Shown here: positions 49,953-59,358 of the stretch, one piece after another
Layout of the letters: each line of letters starts with the position of its first letter
How positions within the stretch are numbered: the stretch's first letter is position 1
Source: Mollicutes bacterium LVI A0039
Lineage (GTDB): Bacteria; Bacillota_I; Bacilli_A; UBA3375
DNA length: 64,000 nt
NCBI GenBank assembly: GCA_033103385.1
Contig: CP136953.1
Location: 911,839-975,838, forward strand
Direction: 5' to 3'
Position numbers and translations under genes: made by a program
The notes under the pieces: model-generated
What the model saw: the letters and a program-made list of their open reading frames with translations, nothing else
The model's database searches: none
Told to the model about the DNA's origin: nothing

Positions 49953-51329
49953 TTAGAATTTATAAGTTACGTCATCATTTGAAAGAGCTGCAATTTCCTC
50001 TTGCATTGCTTTAGTTCCTTCTTCTCCACTGATTTTACCTTTAATTATTTGACTTGCATATTTAGCAACAATTTCATTAATTTTACCGTAATCTGCATTT
50101 TTAATTACTGGTACACCAGTTTCATCAACGTATTGACGAGCTACTAATTCATCAGCTTCATTTGGACTTTCAAATCCTTCAGGCATTTCCCATGTTTCGT
50201 TAACTGGGTTTGCTGCACCATGGTTTAAGTTGTGCTCTTCACCAACTGCTGTTAATTCAATACTTCCATCTGCTGTGATGTTATAATCGTGTCCTTCATA
50301 TCCGAACACAGTCGCCATACTTCCTTCATCTGAATATAACCATTCAAAGAACTTAATTGCTAATTCTGGACTATCTGCATTTGCAGGAATTGCCATAAGG
50401 CTTAAGTCTCCAATTGATAATGTACGAGATCCATCTGGTGCTAATGCTGCTGGTGCGGCAATTGTATCAAATGTATCTTGAGTGTTACTTGAATCATCTT
50501 GAACTTTATCGTCGAATTGGCCAATCCAATGCCACCAGTATCCAACAGAACCAGTTTTACCTGACATGAACTGATCTCTAAAGTCACTTGAACCATTTGT
50601 TTCAAAGTTTGGTTCTAAGTATCCAGCCATGTACATTTTATTCCACCATTCCCATGCTGCAGCAGCATCATCGCTTGCGTAAGGCACAGTATAAACTCCA
50701 TCTTCAACTTCAACTAGACCTTCGGTAATATTAAATGCACTCATCCAAGGTTGAATATAGTCAATTCCACGAAGCGTTACTCCAAAGGCATCTTTTTCCG
50801 ATTTACACTTTGCAAAATAAGCTTCCCACTCTTCTAATGTTGTTGGTGCTTCCATATTGAATTCTTTTAACCAATCATTACGTACTGCGGCTACTAATCC
50901 ACCTTCATATTTAGTTGGAAGTGCATATACACCACCATCTATTTCGATTGGATCTAAATATACTTCAGGATCTAAAATATCTGGGTTGCTTAATACATCT
51001 GAACTAGCAATTAAATCTGTTAAGTCCATTAAAGCACCTTGATTAACTAAATCATAGTAATTCTCTTGTTGTATATAGATTAAATCATATATTTCACCAC
51101 TTGCTAATGCGGCTGCAAGTTGCTTAACATAGTCATCTTTAGGAACATTTGTAGTTACATCTACCCCTAGTTGTTCAGATAGCATTTGGGGGAACATCGC
51201 TTGTTCATCTTCTTCTCCTCCGATTTCCCATCCAAAAATTTCAAGACTATCCGCTGTAGGTGATGTACTTCCACTACAACCTGATAGCATCGCCATAAAT
51301 ACTACAAGACTAATTAGTAATTTCTTCAT
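49953..51329 (-). CDS. Extracellular solute-binding lipoprotein of the CUT1 ABC transporter
   Basis: Lipoprotein signal 'MKKLLISLVVFMAMLSGCSGS' (lipobox LSGC). Size and composition of family-1 SBPs. Confidence 0.8.
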   Translation of the reverse strand: MKKLLISLVVFMAMLSGCSGSTSPTADSLEIFGWEIGGEEDEQAMFPQMLSEQLGVDVTTNVPKDDYVKQLAAALASGEIYDLIYIQQENYYDLVNQGALMDLTDLIASSDVLSNPDILDPEVYLDPIEIDGGVYALPTKYEGGLVAAVRNDWLKEFNMEAPTTLEEWEAYFAKCKSEKDAFGVTLRGIDYIQPWMSAFNITEGLVEVEDGVYTVPYASDDAAAAWEWWNKMYMAGYLEPNFETNGSSDFRDQFMSGKTGSVGYWWHWIGQFDDKVQDDSSNTQDTFDTIAAPAALAPDGSRTLSIGDLSLMAIPANADSPELAIKFFEWLYSDEGSMATVFGYEGHDYNITADGSIELTAVGEEHNLNHGAANPVNETWEMPEGFESPNEADELVARQYVDETGVPVIKNADYGKINEIVAKYASQIIKGKISGEEGTKAMQEEIAALSNDDVTYKF

Positions 51330-51540
51330 AAAAACTCCTTAATATTTTTTGCTTTTAAGAAAAACGACTTATCTGTGAACTCGCCCCTCTACAATCCTAG
51401 TATACAAGAAAATGATTACATGATGCGAGAACTTTTTATAAACGGAAAAAATTCCAAGATGAGAAAATTTAAGGTGGAATTTTTTCCGGAATTATCCAAT
51501 TTTGATTTGAAAATATCCGTAAAACTGGATTAGCAAAAGA

Positions 51541-51580
51541 AAAACCACCTCTATAAATACTAGAGGTGGTTCGCTTCTTT
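51541..51580 (-). terminator. Intrinsic terminator after the GH2 gene
   Basis: Perfect 10-bp stem ACCACCTCTA-TAAATAC-TAGAGGTGGT with a T-run on the minus strand. Confidence 0.75.
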
Positions 51581-54467
51581 AGATCCTTCTGATAGTTATT
51601 GTGTAAGACATATCTTCTTTACTGCTAACAACATATCCAGGTTTACACCAATTTTCCCAGCTATCATCACCACCAACACCAGATTGTTTGTGGTTTATTT
51701 TTAAATGTGGTGCACCTTCTACTAAATCGCTGTTATTACGTTTTTGTTCCAACTCACAATCATTATAATTTCTTAATGAGAATTCAAATTCATCTGGACT
51801 TTCAATAATAAATCCTTGATTATTATCATCTACTACTTTTAAGTAATTAACTCTTGTTCGGTTTCCACACTCTTGTGGGTACAGATATGATTTTAAATCA
51901 CTAATCTTATGCGTTGAGTATAGTTTTGCAAGTTCAGTATTACGGTCTTGGTACGATTCAATTTCACCAGCACCTAGATAGGTAAACTTGTTATATCTAC
52001 GGTTTAAATTTACGTCAAAACCAAAGTTTAACATGTTTGGCATATTTTCGAGACCAGTATAAGTCGTCGTCACGATGATTGAACCATCATGTTTTACCTC
52101 GTAGTTCATTGTCGTTTTATATTGATCATTGATTGGGTGAGTAAATTCTATTGTTACGTATAGAACTTGATTTTTATATTTATAAGACTTAATCTTTTTA
52201 CTACTATATTCAGTAATGATTTTCCAAATACTTAGTTCCCCAACTATTCCTGCTCCCATATCATTATTCGTTGGTGCTCGCCACAAGTTTGGCTTAGGAC
52301 TGTTTTCAATTGATTCTAGAAGCTCTTTTCCGTCATATTTAATTGAAATAAGATTATTATATTCTTTACAGAACATTATTGAGAATTGTTCTGAATGCAA
52401 TCCGAAGTTTTTATCCCCTTCCACATAGTGAACATTCGTACACACTTCATCATTTTGTCTTTCTTCATAGTTTACTTGACTAAATACTTTTAGAACTTCC
52501 CCGTTGTTACATACCTCATATAAAGTTACACCAGTTCGAGCATCTTTTGGCACTTCGTAAATTTGTTGGGCGCTTAATTGAATTGAAGTCGTGTCGATTA
52601 GTTGCTTAGAAAATTCAGTTTGGATGTATTTTTTGATAATCAAATTGTCAAAGTCCATAAACTGATTATTGTTTTTGACAATAAATTTATCGGCTTCCTC
52701 TTTAATTCTTATTGGCGAGAAAAGATTTGATACATAAAGTAATTTGTCTGTAATTTCACGGTCAGGCCCAACTAGTCCATCACAAATAAAATTATAGTCA
52801 GTCGGACATTCATCAAAATCTCCTCCGTAATTGAACTTACCACCTTGGAATATCGCTTGATCCATATATTCCCAAATAAAGCCACCATGGTATGACTCAT
52901 ATTTATCTTCTAAATCCAGATAGTCAATTAAATTTCCATTTGAATTCCCCATTGCGTGTGTATATTCACAAAGAATAAACGGTTTTTCAAAGCCATTATT
53001 AAAATAAGTTTCTATGTCTTCACTACGTGTATACATATGTGATTCAACATCTGAAGTTAATGGGTAGCTACGATCACGTGTTACTCCTTCATAATGGACT
53101 AGACGACTACTATCCGTGTTTTTAAAATAGTTATGCATTTCAAATAGAGTTCTTCCTCCATACGATTCGTTTCCTAGCGACCACATAATAACCGAGCTAC
53201 TGTTTTTATCACGATTATATAAGTTTTTTGCTCGCTTTAGCACATTGTCACGATAGTTTGAGTTATCATTTGGTAAAACCCCGCTTAGATCTCCTGATGA
53301 AAACTTTGCAGTCGACCATGTTCCGTGTGTTTCCAGATTAACTTCATTGATGACATAAAAACCTAGTTCATCACAAATATCATAAAAGATTGTATTATTT
53401 GGATAATGTGAACAGCGAATTGCATTAAAATTATGTTTCTTTAAAAGTTCTAAGTCTGTTCTGATTTGTTTATAACCGATTGCTCGTCCTAGATATGGAT
53501 CGAATTCATGTCGGTTCATTCCTTTAAAAACAATTCTTTGACCATTTAATGTTATCACCTTATCAACAATTTCGATGTGTCTAAAACCAATTCTCTTTGA
53601 AAATTTTTCCGTACCCGTATCAAAATTAAACGTATATAAATACGGTTCTTCGGCATTCCATAGTTTTACATTGTCCAGCCAAAAGTCAAATCCATCACTT
53701 GACACGCCTTCGAATATTAGCACATTGTTATGATCAAGTACTTCACATTTAATATCAAATGTCCCGTTTCTAACTATATCAATTTTAGTGTTAACCTTAT
53801 CATTACAAATTGAATAATTTATCTCAAAGTCAATTATGTGTTGACTAGTTATTTTCTTAAGCTTAACATCTCTAAATATACCACTAAAGCGCCAAAAGTC
53901 TTGATCTTCTAGCCAACTGCTTGCGGTAAATTTATAAACTTCTACACTAATTTGATTAATACCTAATTTTAAATATTGCTTTACTTGAAACTCGCTTGTA
54001 GTAAAAGTATCTGTCGAGTAGCCGACGTAACTACCATTTATCCAAAGGTTGAATCCACTTTCAACTCCTTCAAAGCATAAGATGAAGTCCGCAAAGTCAT
54101 TCAGGTCTGCAACATTTATAAATTTAGTATACTGTCCAACCGTATTAGTCTTAATCGGCGATGTACCAACTTGTACATCTTCAACACCATCCCAAGGATA
54201 TTGTACATTTACATATTGAACTTGACCATAACCAGATAATTCAATATGACTTGGAACTTGAATCACTCGACTAAATGTTTGCTTCGTCATAAAGTTTTCA
54301 TCTCGATCAAAAATATTATTGTAAAAATCAAAGTGCCAACTACCATTTAAATTGACTTCTAATTCACAATCGATTCCATGCGTATACTTGCTCGATCTTG
54401 GTTGATACTTGTTTATTTCATACATATTCGGGTTGCTAATTAAATCGATTAATTCATTTGTTTTCAT
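51579..54467 (-). CDS. GH2 beta-galactosidase (LacZ-type), cytoplasmic
   Basis: 'WRFSGIFRDVKL', acid/base 'NESYGG' (LacZ NESGHG) and nucleophile 'LCEYTHAMGNSNG' (LacZ ICEYAHAMGNS). 962 aa. Confidence 0.88.
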   Translation of the reverse strand: MKTNELIDLISNPNMYEINKYQPRSSKYTHGIDCELEVNLNGSWHFDFYNNIFDRDENFMTKQTFSRVIQVPSHIELSGYGQVQYVNVQYPWDGVEDVQVGTSPIKTNTVGQYTKFINVADLNDFADFILCFEGVESGFNLWINGSYVGYSTDTFTTSEFQVKQYLKLGINQISVEVYKFTASSWLEDQDFWRFSGIFRDVKLKKITSQHIIDFEINYSICNDKVNTKIDIVRNGTFDIKCEVLDHNNVLIFEGVSSDGFDFWLDNVKLWNAEEPYLYTFNFDTGTEKFSKRIGFRHIEIVDKVITLNGQRIVFKGMNRHEFDPYLGRAIGYKQIRTDLELLKKHNFNAIRCSHYPNNTIFYDICDELGFYVINEVNLETHGTWSTAKFSSGDLSGVLPNDNSNYRDNVLKRAKNLYNRDKNSSSVIMWSLGNESYGGRTLFEMHNYFKNTDSSRLVHYEGVTRDRSYPLTSDVESHMYTRSEDIETYFNNGFEKPFILCEYTHAMGNSNGNLIDYLDLEDKYESYHGGFIWEYMDQAIFQGGKFNYGGDFDECPTDYNFICDGLVGPDREITDKLLYVSNLFSPIRIKEEADKFIVKNNNQFMDFDNLIIKKYIQTEFSKQLIDTTSIQLSAQQIYEVPKDARTGVTLYEVCNNGEVLKVFSQVNYEERQNDEVCTNVHYVEGDKNFGLHSEQFSIMFCKEYNNLISIKYDGKELLESIENSPKPNLWRAPTNNDMGAGIVGELSIWKIITEYSSKKIKSYKYKNQVLYVTIEFTHPINDQYKTTMNYEVKHDGSIIVTTTYTGLENMPNMLNFGFDVNLNRRYNKFTYLGAGEIESYQDRNTELAKLYSTHKISDLKSYLYPQECGNRTRVNYLKVVDDNNQGFIIESPDEFEFSLRNYNDCELEQKRNNSDLVEGAPHLKINHKQSGVGGDDSWENWCKPGYVVSSKEDMSYTITIRRI

Positions 54468-54610
54468 AGTTATTCTCCTATACTATACCTGTATAGAGAA
54501 AATGAACTTTTCTCCATTTCTAGGTTTTCAATTTTTGATACTTCAATAGTTACTTGTTCTGGTTTGTCAAAGGTATTTATCGCCTCATCTCCGGTTCCAA
54601 CTAAATTATG

Positions 54611-54907
54611 TTAATCAATAAATTTCACATTACCAAAACCGGGGAAATCAAACTTAAATTGATGGCTACTTTGTGCAGCAACATTTGTTACAAATATATT
54701 TAAGCGGTTCTCAACTTGATTGTGTACTGCTCCAACAATTAGTCCATTGCTTGATCTGCATCTTCCTGAAACTGTTGGCGCTTGGGACTGGGAAGTTAGC
54801 ACAGTTCCTAATCCATAGGTTGTCATCAGTTGGAACGGGTAGTATGTCGCCTGCTTTCCAACACGACCGGCTACTTCCGTAAAAATCGGAGCAATAACAT
54901 TTACCAA
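54611..54907 (-). CDS. Hypothetical small protein or gene remnant inside a locally GC-rich (about 47% GC) segment
   Basis: TTG-start 98-aa ORF overlapped by a second 76-aa ORF (54711..54941) in another frame. The frame-A product ('...YYPFQLMTTYGLGTVLTSQSQAPTVSG...') looks more protein-like. No family recognised. Confidence 0.25.
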   Translation of the reverse strand: MVNVIAPIFTEVAGRVGKQATYYPFQLMTTYGLGTVLTSQSQAPTVSGRCRSSNGLIVGAVHNQVENRLNIFVTNVAAQSSHQFKFDFPGFGNVKFID

Positions 54908-54967
54908 TTACTAAGTCATTGTAAATTTTAATCTTATTCACAACTGCCTCCTATGGTGTTACTGTTT

Positions 54968-55774
54968 TTATTGACTAATTGATCGTAAATATTTAATACT
55001 ATCTTCTAACATTTTCCCTTGAAGCTCCTCAACTATTACTGGTATATCGTCAAGCTTATATTTGATAACTAATTCATATATTTGTTGATAATCGATTATC
55101 CCTTTATCTAAAGCTGTTGCTTGTTTTTGATTGTTTGCAATTACAAAATTTTTAAAGTGAAATATTTTTATTTTAGATCCAAATTCAGCTAAGAAAGCTT
55201 CAAATATCTTTAAATAGCTTTGGTGGTTCTCCACATTTAATAAGTTCGCTAAATCCAAAGTAATTGCAACTCGATCATTTCTCATCATTCTCTTTGTTAG
55301 TTCTAAATTGTGAGCAACATGATCATATACTGGTTCTAATAGATAATATTGCTCATCCAACTTTGATGTTACTTGATCGATGGTTTTTTCTAGCTTTGCG
55401 TAACTTTCTTCTTGATGATTCAAAGGATTGTAAGTCCAATCATCACCGTTTACCGATCCTGTTTCACTTCCGATATTACTGATTTTATTTCGCTTGGCAG
55501 TTTTAGTATTTTCTTCAAAAACCTTGATTCCACTTTCTAGCTTCTCGAGATTTGGATGGATCATATTGAAGTATGAACCAAGTAAAAAGATATCAATCCC
55601 ATTTGATCTAATCATATTAATTTGTTGATCAATAAACTCCTGATCCCAAAACTTATCCTCAAATATTTTCATTGAAACTAATTGTAATCCATCAATACCT
55701 AATTCCTTACAAATTTCGCATAGTTCTTGTGTTGTACTAAATGATAAATCGTGAGGTCTAACTCCTATTTTCAT
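54968..55774 (-). CDS. Sugar phosphate isomerase/epimerase (xylose isomerase-like TIM barrel) family protein
   Basis: About 268-aa TIM-barrel-type pattern ('MKIGVRPHDL...', 'LEPVYDHV...', 'ITLDLANLL'). Confidence 0.55.
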   Translation of the reverse strand: MKIGVRPHDLSFSTTQELCEICKELGIDGLQLVSMKIFEDKFWDQEFIDQQINMIRSNGIDIFLLGSYFNMIHPNLEKLESGIKVFEENTKTAKRNKISNIGSETGSVNGDDWTYNPLNHQEESYAKLEKTIDQVTSKLDEQYYLLEPVYDHVAHNLELTKRMMRNDRVAITLDLANLLNVENHQSYLKIFEAFLAEFGSKIKIFHFKNFVIANNQKQATALDKGIIDYQQIYELVIKYKLDDIPVIVEELQGKMLEDSIKYLRSISQ

Positions 55775-56177
55775 ATTATCTCCTTTTATCTTAGATTTTT
55801 ACAATTTGAAACGACATAAATTATTTAAAAATGCTGTGCAATATCTACCTATAGTTCCAAAACGCTTGTATGCTAGTATTGTAACAAACAATATAATAAA
55901 GGTCAAGTATATTATAAACTCATATATAAGCTCAACTTCATATTGAATTACATAGTAAAATTTAATTCATGAGCATACTTTTTTGTACGCGAAGATAAAC
56001 GGTGATAATACATACCCGGTTAACTTTTCTATTTATAAATACTATGCGAACTACTGTAGCAATACTTGGCATCAAGATATCTAAATCGATAAAAGGTAAC
56101 TGGCAGGATAATGCTCAATTCAAAATATTCTTTGCATTATATACTACTATCAACAAACAATTCAAGGAGGGTTAATT

Positions 56178-56222
56178 AGAAAAACGCCAAGCGAATTTCT
56201 TTATCCGCTTGACGTTTTATTT
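56178..56222. terminator. Bidirectional terminator downstream of the MATE gene
   Basis: 11-bp stem AACGCCAAGCG / CGCTTGACGTT (one mismatch) flanked by A- and T-runs. Confidence 0.5.
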
Positions 56223-56265
56223 TATTTAAATTTGTAGTGTTTGCAACAATTTGAAATTGCTCTGC

Positions 56266-57591
56266 TTAAGCGATATTCATTTTTCCTTGATAATCATATA
56301 CTACTTTACAAATAATCAGACCTAATCCACGGTAGATTCCACTTAGAGAAATTGCTAGCCAAATCCCATTTAGTCCAAAGATATTGGACAGCACCACGAC
56401 CAAAATCAGTCGCAAAACATTCCCACTGATACTGAAAAATGATGGAATTTTAGTAAATCCATATCCATTGAAATATCCTGAAGCAATTCCTTCGTATAAC
56501 GTAAACACTTGTTGGAATGATAGACAGTAAAAATAGACGATTCCGATTTCGACAATTTCATCACTGCTTGTGAAGATACGCATCATCGGTTCTGCCTTAG
56601 CAATAAATAACCATAATAAAAACAATCCATATACTGTTGAGAACCTAAATAAATATCGATACGCTCGATCGATACGCTCTTTATTTTTCGCACCGTAGTT
56701 TTGACCGGTGAATACCGAACAAGCAATTCCCAGACCTGAGGCGAACATCCAAGATAAGGATTCAACCTGTGAGCCAATTCGCGAAGCGGCAATTACATTG
56801 TCTCCATAGCGTATTGAGTAGGAACTAACTAACATCGCAACAACCGTAAAGAACACATTATAACTTCCGGTTGGAAAACTGATTCTTAAGATTTTAACAG
56901 CAATTGATTTAACAAAGCGAGCCGGCGCATCATATTGGCGTTCGAACTTTAAGATACTCACTACCGATATTGCAAATACGATAATATTGGCAGCAACTGT
57001 TGCAATTGCGGCTCCAGTTGCCCCTAAACCAAGGGTAATAATCAAGATTGGATCTAAAACCATATTAAATACTAAACCAATACTGTTGTAGATTAATACT
57101 TGTTTCGTTTGTCCACGGGCTTGAAAGATACTCATTAAGTTTTGATTGATCATCATAAACCATACCGCAATACTTCCAATTCGTAAATAGATAATTGCAA
57201 TTTCATTAATAACTTCACTTTCCAAATTGAACATGCGAATTAAAGGGCCTGCGAAAATTAATATAATTAGCGAGTACACTGTGGCAATGACAATGTTAAG
57301 ACCGACCCCAGTTTTAATAATATCTCGTGACTCATGGATATTTCCACGACCAATTGCTTGGGATAAAAAGGTCTCCATCCCTTGCTTAGAAAAGTAGACA
57401 ATACTCGCCGCTAACCATAAAAACAATCCTGCCGTTCCAACAGCTGTTAGTGCTTCATCACCACTTTTTCCAATGAAAAACATGTCAATCATGTTGTAAG
57501 CGATATTTACCAAATTGGCAATCATCAGTGGTAAGGCAAGGGTAAACAGTTCCTTCCCAATGCTACCTTTTGTTAAATCTTTTATTTGCAT
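56266..57591 (-). CDS. MATE-family efflux transporter
   Basis: 12 TM. N-terminal 'ELFTLALPLMIANLVNIAYNMIDMFFIGK' MATE signature. Confidence 0.85.
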   Translation of the reverse strand: MQIKDLTKGSIGKELFTLALPLMIANLVNIAYNMIDMFFIGKSGDEALTAVGTAGLFLWLAASIVYFSKQGMETFLSQAIGRGNIHESRDIIKTGVGLNIVIATVYSLIILIFAGPLIRMFNLESEVINEIAIIYLRIGSIAVWFMMINQNLMSIFQARGQTKQVLIYNSIGLVFNMVLDPILIITLGLGATGAAIATVAANIIVFAISVVSILKFERQYDAPARFVKSIAVKILRISFPTGSYNVFFTVVAMLVSSYSIRYGDNVIAASRIGSQVESLSWMFASGLGIACSVFTGQNYGAKNKERIDRAYRYLFRFSTVYGLFLLWLFIAKAEPMMRIFTSSDEIVEIGIVYFYCLSFQQVFTLYEGIASGYFNGYGFTKIPSFFSISGNVLRLILVVVLSNIFGLNGIWLAISLSGIYRGLGLIICKVVYDYQGKMNIA

Positions 57592-58052
57592 AACAGCTCC
57601 TTAATCTCTAATAAGTCTACTTCTGAGTACACCTTGATCCCCGCTTCGGTTAGATGCTTGGATGTAATTCCCAGCCCCGGGATTTTCACCTTGGAGAAAC
57701 TACCATCGTAAATTTGGTGAACTCCACATGAGGGACTGTTTTCTTTTAATATGACAAAGTCAATATCTAGTTGCTTAACTATGGATAAGACGCGCTGTGC
57801 ACCAAGTTGAAATTGCTCCGAGACATCCTTGCCATCGACATTATATACATGCTTACCAACAATTTCTGCTGGAGGTCGCGGTGTGGGAAGACCACCTAAT
57901 TGTTCCGGACAAATAGGAATGATATTGACATTATGCAATTTTAAAACATCAACAATTTGCTGAATCTCTGCGCTTGTTTGCATGTTTCCATCGTATCTAG
58001 TTGGAAGCAAAAAGCAACTGCTAATTAATACGTTCATCATTCCCCTTTTCAC
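57582..58052 (-). CDS. DUF523 (YbbK-like) domain protein
   Basis: 'VLISSCFLLPTRYDGN' N-terminal motif and the conserved 'SPSCGV' of DUF523. Overlaps the MATE start by 10 nt. Confidence 0.6.
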   Translation of the reverse strand: MKRGMMNVLISSCFLLPTRYDGNMQTSAEIQQIVDVLKLHNVNIIPICPEQLGGLPTPRPPAEIVGKHVYNVDGKDVSEQFQLGAQRVLSIVKQLDIDFVILKENSPSCGVHQIYDGSFSKVKIPGLGITSKHLTEAGIKVYSEVDLLEIKELLCK

Positions 58053-58086
58053 ATAACAATAGCCACCAAATTACCGGTGGCATTTT

Positions 58087-58785
58087 TTAACTTTTAATAT
58101 GTTCAATACCGCGATCAATAAGTATTTTAAAGTTATCAATATATACTTGTTTTAGCGGTAATTCGCGATTTATGGTCGACTCTAAAAGTTTGATACTAAG
58201 CTCCATTTCATCTTCAAGTAAGATGGTTTTATGGATTTCTTGGGCTTGCTCATAGCTTTCGATATTGTATCGAACAATTAGTTTACGCATTCGTTCATCA
58301 AAGTAACGGAATTCACGAGCAAATAGTTTTGCGATAATTATCGGCTTAACATTAAGCTCAACACTACCATCTATTTCCCCTTTTTCTAATAATTCACAAA
58401 CCATTTTGGTTAAGGCACCATCAGCACGCTTACGCATATGGCGATACAAATCCCCACGGTCAATCTGGACAATGATGTCATAAAGCTCTTTGCGTAATCT
58501 TGCCTTTTCCGAATTGTCTAAATATACTGTTTCATAAAACTTCAGCAAGTTTTCATAACCTGATTTTTCAGGCAAAACAAAAGCATTGATGCAGTCAATG
58601 TACACTTGCTCGTATTCATCAAGAACTTGCGGAATAATATCCTCTTTACTTTTATAGTAGTGATAAAACCCTCCTTTAGAGCAATCTGATGCATCAATTA
58701 TCTCTGACAAAGTTGTTTTATCGTAACCCTTTTCCCTAAACAGGCGCTTTGAGTTTTCATATATGATTTTTTGTAATTCCATCAT
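58087..58785 (-). CDS. TetR/AcrR-family transcriptional regulator
   Basis: N-terminal HTH 'AKRLFREKGYDKTTLSEIIDASDCSKGGFYHYYKSKEDI'. Confidence 0.8.
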   Translation of the reverse strand: MMELQKIIYENSKRLFREKGYDKTTLSEIIDASDCSKGGFYHYYKSKEDIIPQVLDEYEQVYIDCINAFVLPEKSGYENLLKFYETVYLDNSEKARLRKELYDIIVQIDRGDLYRHMRKRADGALTKMVCELLEKGEIDGSVELNVKPIIIAKLFAREFRYFDERMRKLIVRYNIESYEQAQEIHKTILLEDEMELSIKLLESTINRELPLKQVYIDNFKILIDRGIEHIKS

Positions 58786-58883
58786 TCCTCCTTGACTGTT
58801 ATATCAATTATAGCACAGTTACAAACCGCCGGTTTCAAATTCCATAATGTGCTATAATATATTTGTAAAAAGGAGGCGATAAT

Positions 58884-59315
58884 ATGTTAAAAACAATATT
58901 AGTAGCTGTTACAAATGATGATAAGAAAGAAAAAGTTATAAACCAAGCAATCGCAATGGCCAAGCGTTATCAAGCTGATTTAGTGCTTGCTCATGTTAAT
59001 CAAATTGTGCTTCCACAAACGGGAACATTAGCTTATTCACACGGCAACTCCATCACGATTGATTCACTATCTGACGAAGAGATGAATAAACTTAAAAGTT
59101 TAGCAGTTCAAGCAGGTGTAAAAAATGTCGACTTAAAGGTCGTTGAAGGTTTAGATGTAGCCTCAATAATTACCGGTGAGATATCAAGGGAAGTTGAACC
59201 AGACTTACTAATTGTTGGTGATAACAAGCATCATTCCTTTATCGAAAAAATGATGGGTTCAACTGCAAGTGGTATTGTTAAGAATGCTAAGTGTTCAGTT
59301 TTCATCGTAAAATAA
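58884..59315 (+). CDS. Universal stress protein (UspA family)
   Basis: 'ILVAV...' N-terminus and C-terminal 'GSTASGIVKNAKCSVFIVK' ATP-binding motif. Confidence 0.8.
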   Translation: MLKTILVAVTNDDKKEKVINQAIAMAKRYQADLVLAHVNQIVLPQTGTLAYSHGNSITIDSLSDEEMNKLKSLAVQAGVKNVDLKVVEGLDVASIITGEISREVEPDLLIVGDNKHHSFIEKMMGSTASGIVKNAKCSVFIVK

Positions 59316-59358
59316 CATTTAAAAATCGTATATTAAGAGTTTGACTCTAATATACGAT

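Noticed and set aside
54711-54941. 76-aa minus-strand ORF 'MNKIKIYNDLVIGKCYC...'
   Set aside because: Cys/Trp-rich, random-looking translation overlapping the more protein-like frame (54611..54907). It is treated as a non-coding frame of the same anomalous segment.
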